This document shows positions 56,024 through 64,000 of a stretch of 64,000 nucleotides of DNA, one piece after another. The DNA is from Candidatus Latescibacterota bacterium (lineage in GTDB: Bacteria > Latescibacterota > UBA2968 > GCA-2709665), in NCBI GenBank assembly GCA_965208835.1, contig OZ242358.1, positions 1,440,001 to 1,504,000 on the forward strand. The letters run 5' to 3'. The notes under the pieces are model-generated. The model saw only the letters and a program-made list of their open reading frames with translations, searched no databases and had not been told where the DNA came from. How positions within the stretch are numbered: position 1 is the stretch's first letter; each line of letters begins with the position of its first letter. The position numbers were made by a program, and so were the translations under genes.

Positions 56024-58237
56024 TCAGTTCGACAGCTGCCGCGCACCCTGCGTCGACTGTCTCTCTCTTTCGCGCCGGGCGCTCCGTTCCGCTCGCGTCT
56101 TCTCGTGCATCAGCCAGCCGTACCTCTGGAGCGTCGTGTCTTGCATCTTTTTCGCCGCTGTAAGTTTTCTATATCTGGCCAGATACTGCGCACCCTGCGT
56201 CGTCAGGCCCGCGTGCATCAGACCCACGTAGATCCCCGCCGTAACCCCGGAATCGACGAGTTTGCGAAGTTCCCTCTTCGCGTCGGCGATCCTGCCCTCA
56301 GCAAGATATACTTCTCGCAGCAGGAGACGTCCCAGCGCGAATTCCGGCTTTACGTCCAGGCTGCGCTTGAACGCATTCTCGGCCTGCCTCCAGGCCCTGC
56401 GATGGTAGGCATTCACGCCCTCACTGACGTACCTGTCAGGTAGCGCAGGATCACTTCGGATTTCTGCTATCCACTTTTCCAGGATGTCTTCCACATACTC
56501 ATTTGTCCGCCGATAGACCGTGACCGTGGGGTGATCGAACGCGGTCGTGGTCGGTTCGGCATCCGCTTCGGTATAGGTAAATCCCAGGATTTCCGGGGCC
56601 AGGTTGAACCGCGCGACCCGCTCGAATCCCAGGCTTTCCTCGGCCAGGCGTCGGTAGTAGGTGTGAGCGATCGGGAATCGTCGCGGCACCTTCATGAACG
56701 GCCGCATCCGATTCTCCTCGATCAGGACGATCCAATTGACGTCTGCCAGCCGGTTCTGGATAAACTCGACGTGCGCCTCGAAGGGCAGGTTGCCCTTGGC
56801 ATGCAAGAACCAGGCCGCTTCGTCCTGCTTTCGCCTGTATCGGTCGGCGGGCGCCATCCAGGACGTGGGATATCCGCCTCGCTCCGTCAGCACACCAGCC
56901 CCTTCGGGGATATGCCGCTTAATCCATTCTGCGGCCTCGAAGCGGCTGCTGGAACGGTAGACCCGGGACGTGGCGATGCCGTAGGCGGCCGTCGGAACGA
57001 CCACAAGCGCCACGGGCAACACGTAAACCCAGGCCCTGTTCACGCGCGAGCGGATCCATCCCGCGGCCTCCATGCAGGCCCACGCGCCCATCACCGACAT
57101 AAGGGGTTGCATGGGCGTGGTATACCTCAGGGGTTTGGTGTGTAATCCGCCGACCATAATGAAATGGGGGACCAGCCACGCCAGCAGAATCCACCAGCCT
57201 CTTTCCCTTCTCCAGATTGCAAGCGCGACCCCGGCCAGGGCTGCAATTTCCAGGGGCGTTCCGAATGCATAGCGGAACAAATGCGTGATGAAGAACAGAT
57301 AGGGTGTTGTGGAAAAATCGTATAGCCCCCAGATGCGGATCGTCTCTCCCCTCGCAACCTTCATGCTGGGCAGGAAATTCCGCATGTCTTTCGAGCTCAG
57401 GAATTCGCCGGGCTTCAGAAGGAGGGGTTCGCAGATCACCGCGACCCCGACCACGACCCCGGCGCAAAGCAGCGCTCTCAATGTAAACCCCTGCTTCAAA
57501 CGATTCCAGACCCAGAGGACCCCAGCCGCCATCCAATGCGACCTGCGCTTCCGTTTCCCGCGATGATCTTTGGCGGACTCCATCGGCGCCTCGGGTTTCC
57601 ACACGTGCGCCAGCAGAAAAGGCAGGCACAGCATTCCCGCCATCAGCCGTGTGCCTGCCGCCATTCCGCAGACCAGCCCGCACACCAGGTAGGGACGGGT
57701 GCGGTCCGAAGGCAGTTTCAGGATCATGTAGACGCCCAGCGCGGTCCAGAACGCCAGCGTAACGTCCACGGTATAGAAATGGCACTGCTGAATGTGCCCG
57801 GCGCAAAAGGCCAGAAAGGCCGCGCTCAGGACCCCGGTCCAGATCCCCGCCAGATGCCGGCCGATTGCAAATGCAACCCATACGGTAAGTGTCCCCAGCG
57901 TTGCGGAGATACCCCGGCCGACCAGGTGGGTGAATTTCACCGACCGATTGTCGCTCTTGTCGAACGGTTCGATGTCCGCAACGAAACCGGCGCCCCAGGC
58001 CAGGGCCCACAGAAGATAGGCCGGGCCCTTGGCATAGGCCGTTACCGCTCTCGTTACCTCCTCGCCCACCAACCCGGCGCTCTCGACAACCGTGCGTTCG
58101 TCCGGATGAAAGGCGTGAAACCTGCCGGTTTCGGGATCGGTTCCCCAGCCTATTCCGTAGAACCTCAGAAGCGCCGATGCGGCCAGTACCAGCACAAGGA
58201 GTGCGTATGCGTTCCGGTTTTTTTTAATGATGGACAT
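56024..58237 (-). CDS. GT-C fold (PMT_2/GT39-like) membrane glycosyltransferase with C-terminal TPR
   Basis: LRFYGI.WG..HPDE, multiple TM helices, HFYTVD, DHP.V.VY, TPR-like AENAFKRSLDVKP. Confidence 0.8.
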   Translation of the reverse strand: MSIIKKNRNAYALLVLVLAASALLRFYGIGWGTDPETGRFHAFHPDERTVVESAGLVGEEVTRAVTAYAKGPAYLLWALAWGAGFVADIEPFDKSDNRSVKFTHLVGRGISATLGTLTVWVAFAIGRHLAGIWTGVLSAAFLAFCAGHIQQCHFYTVDVTLAFWTALGVYMILKLPSDRTRPYLVCGLVCGMAAGTRLMAGMLCLPFLLAHVWKPEAPMESAKDHRGKRKRRSHWMAAGVLWVWNRLKQGFTLRALLCAGVVVGVAVICEPLLLKPGEFLSSKDMRNFLPSMKVARGETIRIWGLYDFSTTPYLFFITHLFRYAFGTPLEIAALAGVALAIWRRERGWWILLAWLVPHFIMVGGLHTKPLRYTTPMQPLMSVMGAWACMEAAGWIRSRVNRAWVYVLPVALVVVPTAAYGIATSRVYRSSSRFEAAEWIKRHIPEGAGVLTERGGYPTSWMAPADRYRRKQDEAAWFLHAKGNLPFEAHVEFIQNRLADVNWIVLIEENRMRPFMKVPRRFPIAHTYYRRLAEESLGFERVARFNLAPEILGFTYTEADAEPTTTAFDHPTVTVYRRTNEYVEDILEKWIAEIRSDPALPDRYVSEGVNAYHRRAWRQAENAFKRSLDVKPEFALGRLLLREVYLAEGRIADAKRELRKLVDSGVTAGIYVGLMHAGLTTQGAQYLARYRKLTAAKKMQDTTLQRYGWLMHEKTRAERSARRERERQSTQGARQLSN

Positions 58238-58259
58238 ACTCTCAGTATAAATTATGTAA

Positions 58260-59003
58260 TTATCGATATTTACGGACAATATCAACCATGCCGAAGGTGG
58301 CGATGACGAAATCGCGAATTCTTATTTTGGACCCCGCCTCGTCCCTCCATTCCGAGAGCGGGACTTCGTACACAATGTCCCGCACCTGCGGTCGCTCGGT
58401 GCCCGTTCTGGCGCGCATCAGTCTCGCGATGATTTCAACGTCGAAAATCCATCGGTTGGCGAAGGGTTCCCGAAAGAGGACGGGCAGGTCCGGCGTTACC
58501 CTGAAGAGTTTCGCGCCGCATTGCGTGTCGTAGACATCCACGCGGAGAAACAGGGAAGCCGTAATTGCGAACAGCCTCCCCAGCAGGTGCCTCAGCCGAT
58601 TGCGCCGGATTGCCCTGCCCAGGAGGCGCACCCTCGCGCCGAAGGCCATTTCGATTTCCGGCCTGCCGTCCAGGACGCCGCGGAACTCCCGGATGGCTTC
58701 CAGGGGTGTGGCGAGATCGGCGTCCCAGAAACCGACGTAATCGGGATCGGAATCGAGTGCTGCGAGGAAGCCGTGCCTTACCGCTTCGCCCTTGCCCGAG
58801 TTCACCGCAAGCGAATGTACGCCGAAGGACTCGGGGTCCGACGCGCTCAAGCCACGCAGGACGTCCCCCGTGGCGTCCGTGCTTCCGTCATCGACGAACA
58901 GAAACCTGATGCCGTGCGTCTGCCCGACGAACCCCTTGAACGACTCGACGGGAAGACGCTCTGCTTCGTTAAAGCACGGGACGACGATGACGGTTTCCGA
59001 CAT
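58260..59003 (-). CDS. GT2 glycosyltransferase (polyprenol-phosphate glycosyltransferase-like)
   Basis: VVPCFNEA, VDDGSTD, NSGKG.A, DADLATP, DTQCGAK, FDVE. Confidence 0.92.
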   Translation of the reverse strand: MSETVIVVPCFNEAERLPVESFKGFVGQTHGIRFLFVDDGSTDATGDVLRGLSASDPESFGVHSLAVNSGKGEAVRHGFLAALDSDPDYVGFWDADLATPLEAIREFRGVLDGRPEIEMAFGARVRLLGRAIRRNRLRHLLGRLFAITASLFLRVDVYDTQCGAKLFRVTPDLPVLFREPFANRWIFDVEIIARLMRARTGTERPQVRDIVYEVPLSEWRDEAGSKIRIRDFVIATFGMVDIVRKYR

Positions 59004-59106
59004 GCGATTTCACACGTGACGACGAAATGAGGACAGCAGAAAATACAACGCTTAACTCACACAGAGACACAAAGACACAAAGGGAAAAACAAGCGATCAG
59101 CAAAAA

Positions 59107-59236
59107 GCGGGTAGACGTAAGACGTTAGACGGGAGAGATTTCTTGCCTTGTAAGGTCTCTTCTCGTGCCGGAGGCAAGAAGGAAAAAAATCCGGGCAAGG
59201 ACTTCCTCTACCGGCTCACCTCTACCGTCTACCCGC
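59107..59236 (+). repeat. Family A hairpin repeat, copy 4
   Basis: GCGGGTAGACG arms, TGCC-GGA-GGCA, CGGGCAAGG, ends CGTCTACCCGC. Confidence 0.85.
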
Positions 59237-59432
59237 ATTTTGGCGACCTCTCCCCCCAGCCCCCTCTCCTGTGAGGAGAGGGGGAGCAAAGGCCGGCGTT
59301 GCTTGCCGGTCATCCAGAAGGACTCTGTTCGATGGTACAACGCTGTTCCGGCAACATTGCATACCCTGTACATCCACCCATCACCGTTCCCCCTTCCTCT
59401 CAGGAACGGGGTAAGGGGGAAGGTCTCGTGAC

Positions 59433-59559
59433 GCGAGAAGGAAGACGGGAGAGGGAAGAGACTGCCTGTCTTGTGAGGTTTCTTCTCATGCCGCAGGCAA
59501 GTCGGAGGAACAAATCGGCAAGGGCTTCTTCTCCCGTCTCACCTCTACGGTCTAACCGC
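59433..59559 (+). repeat. Family A hairpin repeat, copy 5
   Basis: AGAGACTGCCTGTCTTGTGAG, TGCC-GCA-GGCA, CGGCAAGG. Confidence 0.8.
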
Positions 59560-59976
59560 TTTTCGGCGACCGGCCGGTCGCCCCTGCTCGTTGCGGACCC
59601 CTCCCTTGTCCATTTGGGGCGCGGGGGTCTGTTCGCGGCAAGAAAATTAAAAACGTGAGTAAGGGACGGGACCTGACAGGCAAGGATCAATGTCTCGTCG
59701 GCATCCTGTCCCCTTGTACGGGCAATATAGCGTAACCAAATTAGCGTGTCAATGCAATCACCTGACGCGAAAGCCAATCGACGTAAGTCCGCCCACCCGC
59801 TTCAGCGGGCAGGATTCGACCCGCCCGGCATGCCCTCAACCGGTATGTGCGCGCCGCCGCCGTCCGGGGTTCAGGACCGCCTGCCGGGCTTGACAAAGGT
59901 TTGTGGAGGACGTAGATTTCGCGGCGACGTGAGGCGCCAGGCGAAGGACCTGGAGCCTTCGGATCCGGAGGTCACG

Positions 59977-61254
59977 ATGGTAACGGATGAACATCGGGTC
60001 GACGTGGCGTTCGGCCACGGCAGCGTATCCGTCTATGCCGATCCGGAACTGGCGGATTGGGAGGTGATCCGGCCTGCCTTCGAGGCGGCCCTGCCGGACC
60101 CGAAGCGTCGCTTCATGCATGCGATTGATGAACCGGTGGAATGCGATCCGCTTCACGAGATCGTCTCGCCCGGTGACAGGGTGGTCATCGTAACCTCGGA
60201 CGGTACGCGCGCGGTGCCCAACCGGCAGTTGATACCGTGGATTGTCAAGGCCCTGCCGGTCCCCGAAGCAAACGTCACGGTGTTGCTGGGAAACGGAACG
60301 CATCGGGCAAATACGGATGAAGAAATCGCCGGAATGTTCGGCGCTGAGGTTGCCGGCCGGTTGAGGATACAGAATCACGACGCATACGACAGATCGGAAA
60401 ACGTGTACCTGGGAAAATCCGGCTGTGGCACGGACGTGTGGCTGGACAGGGCGTATGTGGAAGCGGACATACGGATTGTGGTCGGATTCATAGAGCCCCA
60501 TTTCTTCGCGGGTTTCTCGGGCGGTCCGAAGGGCGTGGCGCCGGGTGTTGCGGGAATCGAGACGATCTATCGGCTGCATCGGTCCCAACTGATCGCGGAC
60601 CCGATGAGCACGTGGGGTGTGCTCGACGGGAACCCCCTGCAGCGGGAGGTGCGCGAAGCCGTGGCGCTTTGCCCGCCCGATTTCCTGGTGAACGTGACGC
60701 TGAACGGGGAAAAGGAGATTTCGGGGCTTTACGTCGGAGACTGTCTGGAAGCGCATCGACGGGGGTGCGGCGCGGCGCGGGCGGCCTCGATGGCCCCTGT
60801 TGAGAAGCCGTTCCAGGTCGTGCTGACGTCGAATAGCGGATATCCGCTGGATCAGAACCTCTACCAGGCCGTCAAGGGCATGTCGGCGGCCGCCCGCATC
60901 GCTGAAGACGGCGGAAACGTGCTCGTCGCCAGCGAGTGCAGCGATGGCGTTCCGGATCACGGCAACTTCGCCGAGTTGATGCGGGCCGGTGAGGGTCCGG
61001 AGGACGTCCTGCAGGCGGTGCACGACCGGGAGCCCATACTCGACCAGTGGCAGGCGCAGACGCTGGCCGCCATCCTGGAGCGGGTTGAAGTCGGGGTTTA
61101 TTCCAACATGGCGCGAGCCGATATAGAGGCGTGCAAGCTGGCCGCCGTGGACGACCTGAATGCAGCCCTACGCGAGAGGGTTCTTGCGATCGGCCGCGGC
61201 GCGCGGGTGGCGGTGCTGCCGGACGGCCCGCTGACCATCCCGTATCTGGCGTAA
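59977..61254 (+). CDS. larA: Nickel-pincer-dependent lactate racemase family protein
   Basis: SDGTR, GTH, EPHFFAGFSGGPK, YPLDQNLYQAVKG, SECSDG. GGAGG precedes ATG 59977. Confidence 0.88.
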   Translation: MVTDEHRVDVAFGHGSVSVYADPELADWEVIRPAFEAALPDPKRRFMHAIDEPVECDPLHEIVSPGDRVVIVTSDGTRAVPNRQLIPWIVKALPVPEANVTVLLGNGTHRANTDEEIAGMFGAEVAGRLRIQNHDAYDRSENVYLGKSGCGTDVWLDRAYVEADIRIVVGFIEPHFFAGFSGGPKGVAPGVAGIETIYRLHRSQLIADPMSTWGVLDGNPLQREVREAVALCPPDFLVNVTLNGEKEISGLYVGDCLEAHRRGCGAARAASMAPVEKPFQVVLTSNSGYPLDQNLYQAVKGMSAAARIAEDGGNVLVASECSDGVPDHGNFAELMRAGEGPEDVLQAVHDREPILDQWQAQTLAAILERVEVGVYSNMARADIEACKLAAVDDLNAALRERVLAIGRGARVAVLPDGPLTIPYLA

Positions 61255-61337
61255 ACACATAAAGATCAGCGGGATCAGGGGCTGTATACGTCAGGTCACT
61301 GTACGTGAACGGGACCTCTCCCTGTGGCCCTTCAGTA

Positions 61338-61461
61338 GCGGGTAGACGGGAGACGTGAGAGATTGCCTGCCTTGTGACGACTCTTTTCGTGCCGAAGGCA
61401 AGGAGTAAGAATAGATCGGGCAAGGATTTCTTCTAACGTCTTACCTCTTCCCTCTACCCGC
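61338..61461 (+). repeat. Family A hairpin repeat, copy 6
   Basis: GCGGGTAGACG, AGAGATTGCCTGCCTTGTGA, TGCC-GAA-GGCA, CGGGCAAGGAT, CTCTACCCGC. Confidence 0.85.
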
Positions 61462-61553
61462 ATTCAGGTTCTTTGTGGCCAATTAAACGTCCTTCTCGCG
61501 TTTATCGATAAATCTTGGTTCAAGCAGAAAATTCAAGGAGCAAGGATTTAAAC

Positions 61554-64000
61554 ATGCAGGATCCGATGGAAATCAGGCTGCAGGTGGTGGAATCCGCGGG
61601 CGTCGCGAGGCGCGGTTGGCCCGTGACGAGAGGAGTCCCGCTTCCCGCGGGCACGATCTCTGATTCGTCCCTGCTGGGGGTGAAAGATGCGGACGGCCGC
61701 GCTGTAACCGCACAGTTCCGCGTGTTGAGTCGATGGCCTGACGGGAGTCTGAAGTGGGTCCTGACGGATTTTCGGGCGGATGTGCCGGCTGGCGGCGAGT
61801 CGACTTATACGGTGTGTCAGAACAACGTCGGGGCCAGGCAAGGCGACCAGGTCCATGTTCGCGAAGATGACGATAGATTTGTCGTATCGACGGGTCCCCT
61901 CCGGTTCGCCGTGAATCGCAGGAGGTTCTCTCTTGTGGAAACGGCGGCGCTGGGGCGGACAGAACCGGACGGGACATTTGTGCCGGAAGTGGAAGTCGCA
62001 GGCCCGGGCGGCGACGCCTGGGTGCGTATCCGCGAGTCGTTTCTGGGCGATGAAGGAAAGCGATACATCTACGGGATGGGCGGCGACTGCCTGGCATCCC
62101 TCGCGGAGGCCGTGTACGACGTGAGCGTGGAGGAGGCCGGTCCGCTCAGGGCCGTGATCCGGTGTGAGGGCGCATTCGAGGCCGATCTGCCGATGCACCA
62201 TTACGCGGGGTATCGGCCGTTTCGTTTCGTGACGCGCATCTACGCCTACGCGGGCCGGACTGAACTGCGCGTGCTGCTCACCGTGATTGCGGCATGCAAT
62301 CCGAGAGAGACAGAAATCGAGGAAATCGGCCTGCGCGTGCCCGCCGTACTGTCCGGTTCCGTGAATTACCGGGTCGCGGCGAGTCGGGAGATCGCCGGTA
62401 CGGCTGCCGCCGGTGAATCGCTGCTGCTTTCCCAGCGGCTTCACAATCACTTTCGTCTGGACCGTCGTCAGGACCGGCACAGTGTTACGCTCGCCGAAGG
62501 AGACCGGACGGAGGGCTGGATTGCCTGCGACGACGGCCGGGTGGGCGTTGGCGTTGGCCTGCGCTATATGCCGGAGGAATATCCGAAAGCGCTCGGGCTC
62601 TCCGGATCGGGCGGCGGGATCGACGTGTATTGCTGGAAGGATCCCGACGGTAAATGCCTTTCGCTGAAGCGGTATTCGGAGGCCGTGGCGTGGGATGAGG
62701 GCGAAGGCGTCTATTCGGATGGCACGGGTACATCCAAGACCACGGAGTTCTTCCTCAGTTTCTACCGGGCATCCCACAGCGCCGGCGTCCGGGAACGCCT
62801 GAGAGGCTGGCTGCGGGCGCCGCACGTATCCGTGGATCCGGCGTGGATGGCGGCCTGCGAGGCGACGGGAGGTTTTCAACCCGTCGACGAGGCACGTTTT
62901 CCGAAATCAGAGCGGATGATGTCGGGCTTTATCGACTGGCTGCGTCGCAATATCGAGATAGGCGCATGGTACGGTTATCACGACTGGGGCGACGCGCTGG
63001 TGGCCTGGGACCAGGGCACGGACGACTGGCGATTCTACGGCCGATGGGGCTGGTGCAACAGCGAATGGGATCCGAGGCACGGCGTATGGGTGCAGTATAT
63101 GCGTACCGGTCGCGCGGGTGACTTCCTGCTCGGCGAAGCGATGACCCGTCATTCGACGGACGTGGATACCTGCCATTATCACCCGTTCAGGCCCTATATG
63201 GTGGGTGGGTGTTTCCGGCACAGCGTGGACCATTTCGGTGATGAGAGTTGCGCGTCACACACGTTTCTTGACGGATGGATGGACCATTTCTACCTGACCG
63301 GGGACCTGCGGACGCTGGAGGTGATCCGCGAGGCCGGCGAGTTTCTGCTGCGTTACCGGTGGACCGAAGACCCGGCATACAGTTTCAGCCTGCGCAGCAT
63401 TGCGAATGCGCTGCGAGGCCTGCTCTACGTATATGAAGCCACGGGCGAGGAGCGGTTCAAGACGCGTGCGCTTGCCGTGTACGAGGTGATTGCGCGAGGT
63501 CAGAACGACGATGGAAGCTGGCACAAGCGGTTCCAGGTCTCCACGGCGGAACGGCTGTCGGACCAGAGGCCGTATGGCATGGCCACCGAGGGCACGACGC
63601 TGGCCGTGGAAATGGGTACGGCGGCGCCGTTTACCGACGCCGAGTTTCGCAAGTTGAGAGGCGAAGCAAAGACCACGCATCGGGTCTTGCCGGTCTCGGA
63701 GCAGAAGGGTTACCAGACGCATTACCTGATGGTCGGGCTGGAATTGCTTCACCGCCTCACGAACCGGGAAGACGTGGCGAAAGTCTACCTTCGGGCAGTC
63801 GACTGGTTCTGCGGCCGTCCGGACGGGCCGGATGCGCAGAAGGCCATCCAGGAGCGATACGGCGGCGTTCTGTGCCGGCACCTTGGCTATGCGTACCGGA
63901 TGACGGGGGACCGGAATTACCTGGTGATCGGTCAGGCGGTCTTGAAGGCCCTGATCGAGAGCCAGGACTGGGGAGACGATCCGAAACGCCGCGGGGCGGT
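61554..64000 (+). CDS. YetA/PL26-like exo-rhamnogalacturonan lyase-family protein (runs off window)
   Basis: Manual translation: MQDPMEIRL..WPVTRGVPLP..LSRWPDGSLKW; later WYGYHDWGD, W.NSEWD, MTRHSTDVD, SHTF. AAGGAG upstream. Confidence 0.7.
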   Translation, partial: MQDPMEIRLQVVESAGVARRGWPVTRGVPLPAGTISDSSLLGVKDADGRAVTAQFRVLSRWPDGSLKWVLTDFRADVPAGGESTYTVCQNNVGARQGDQVHVREDDDRFVVSTGPLRFAVNRRRFSLVETAALGRTEPDGTFVPEVEVAGPGGDAWVRIRESFLGDEGKRYIYGMGGDCLASLAEAVYDVSVEEAGPLRAVIRCEGAFEADLPMHHYAGYRPFRFVTRIYAYAGRTELRVLLTVIAACNPRETEIEEIGLRVPAVLSGSVNYRVAASREIAGTAAAGESLLLSQRLHNHFRLDRRQDRHSVTLAEGDRTEGWIACDDGRVGVGVGLRYMPEEYPKALGLSGSGGGIDVYCWKDPDGKCLSLKRYSEAVAWDEGEGVYSDGTGTSKTTEFFLSFYRASHSAGVRERLRGWLRAPHVSVDPAWMAACEATGGFQPVDEARFPKSERMMSGFIDWLRRNIEIGAWYGYHDWGDALVAWDQGTDDWRFYGRWGWCNSEWDPRHGVWVQYMRTGRAGDFLLGEAMTRHSTDVDTCHYHPFRPYMVGGCFRHSVDHFGDESCASHTFLDGWMDHFYLTGDLRTLEVIREAGEFLLRYRWTEDPAYSFSLRSIANALRGLLYVYEATGEERFKTRALAVYEVIARGQNDDGSWHKRFQVSTAERLSDQRPYGMATEGTTLAVEMGTAAPFTDAEFRKLRGEAKTTHRVLPVSEQKGYQTHYLMVGLELLHRLTNREDVAKVYLRAVDWFCGRPDGPDAQKAIQERYGGVLCRHLGYAYRMTGDRNYLVIGQAVLKALIESQDWGDDPKRRGA

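Overview
A 64-kb window of a GC-rich bacterial chromosome, mostly dense metabolic genes. It holds sugar-acid and polysaccharide catabolism genes (UxuA-like dehydratase, HpcH aldolase, SDR, lactonase, heparinase II/III, PL26/YetA-like lyase, BNR protein, LarA-family enzyme), an acyl-CoA ligase/thiolase/DUF35 cluster, proA, an M16 peptidase, acetolactate synthase, an ABC-F ATPase, an ankyrin protein and glycosyltransferases. This content resembles Latescibacterota/Poribacteria-type organisms, which is an inference only. I saw no rRNA, tRNA or CRISPR array. Intergenic DNA is unusually rich in miniature palindromic repeats from at least six families. An accessory block at about 46.1-54.1 kb contains a broken Uma2 gene, IS21/IS3/IS256 remnants, a TonB-dependent receptor with a DUF4249-type lipoprotein, and an AT-rich Panacea/PemK-like toxin-antitoxin pair between about 84-bp hairpin direct repeats. 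The best candidates for novelty are (1) a stand-alone 771-aa fusion of a type IV restriction-type N-terminal domain, a PD-(D/E)xK-like nuclease and a nitrilase, (2) the repeat-flanked TA cassette, and (3) a six-copy GNA-triloop hairpin repeat with heptamer arms. All family assignments come from motif recognition by eye; no database search was run.
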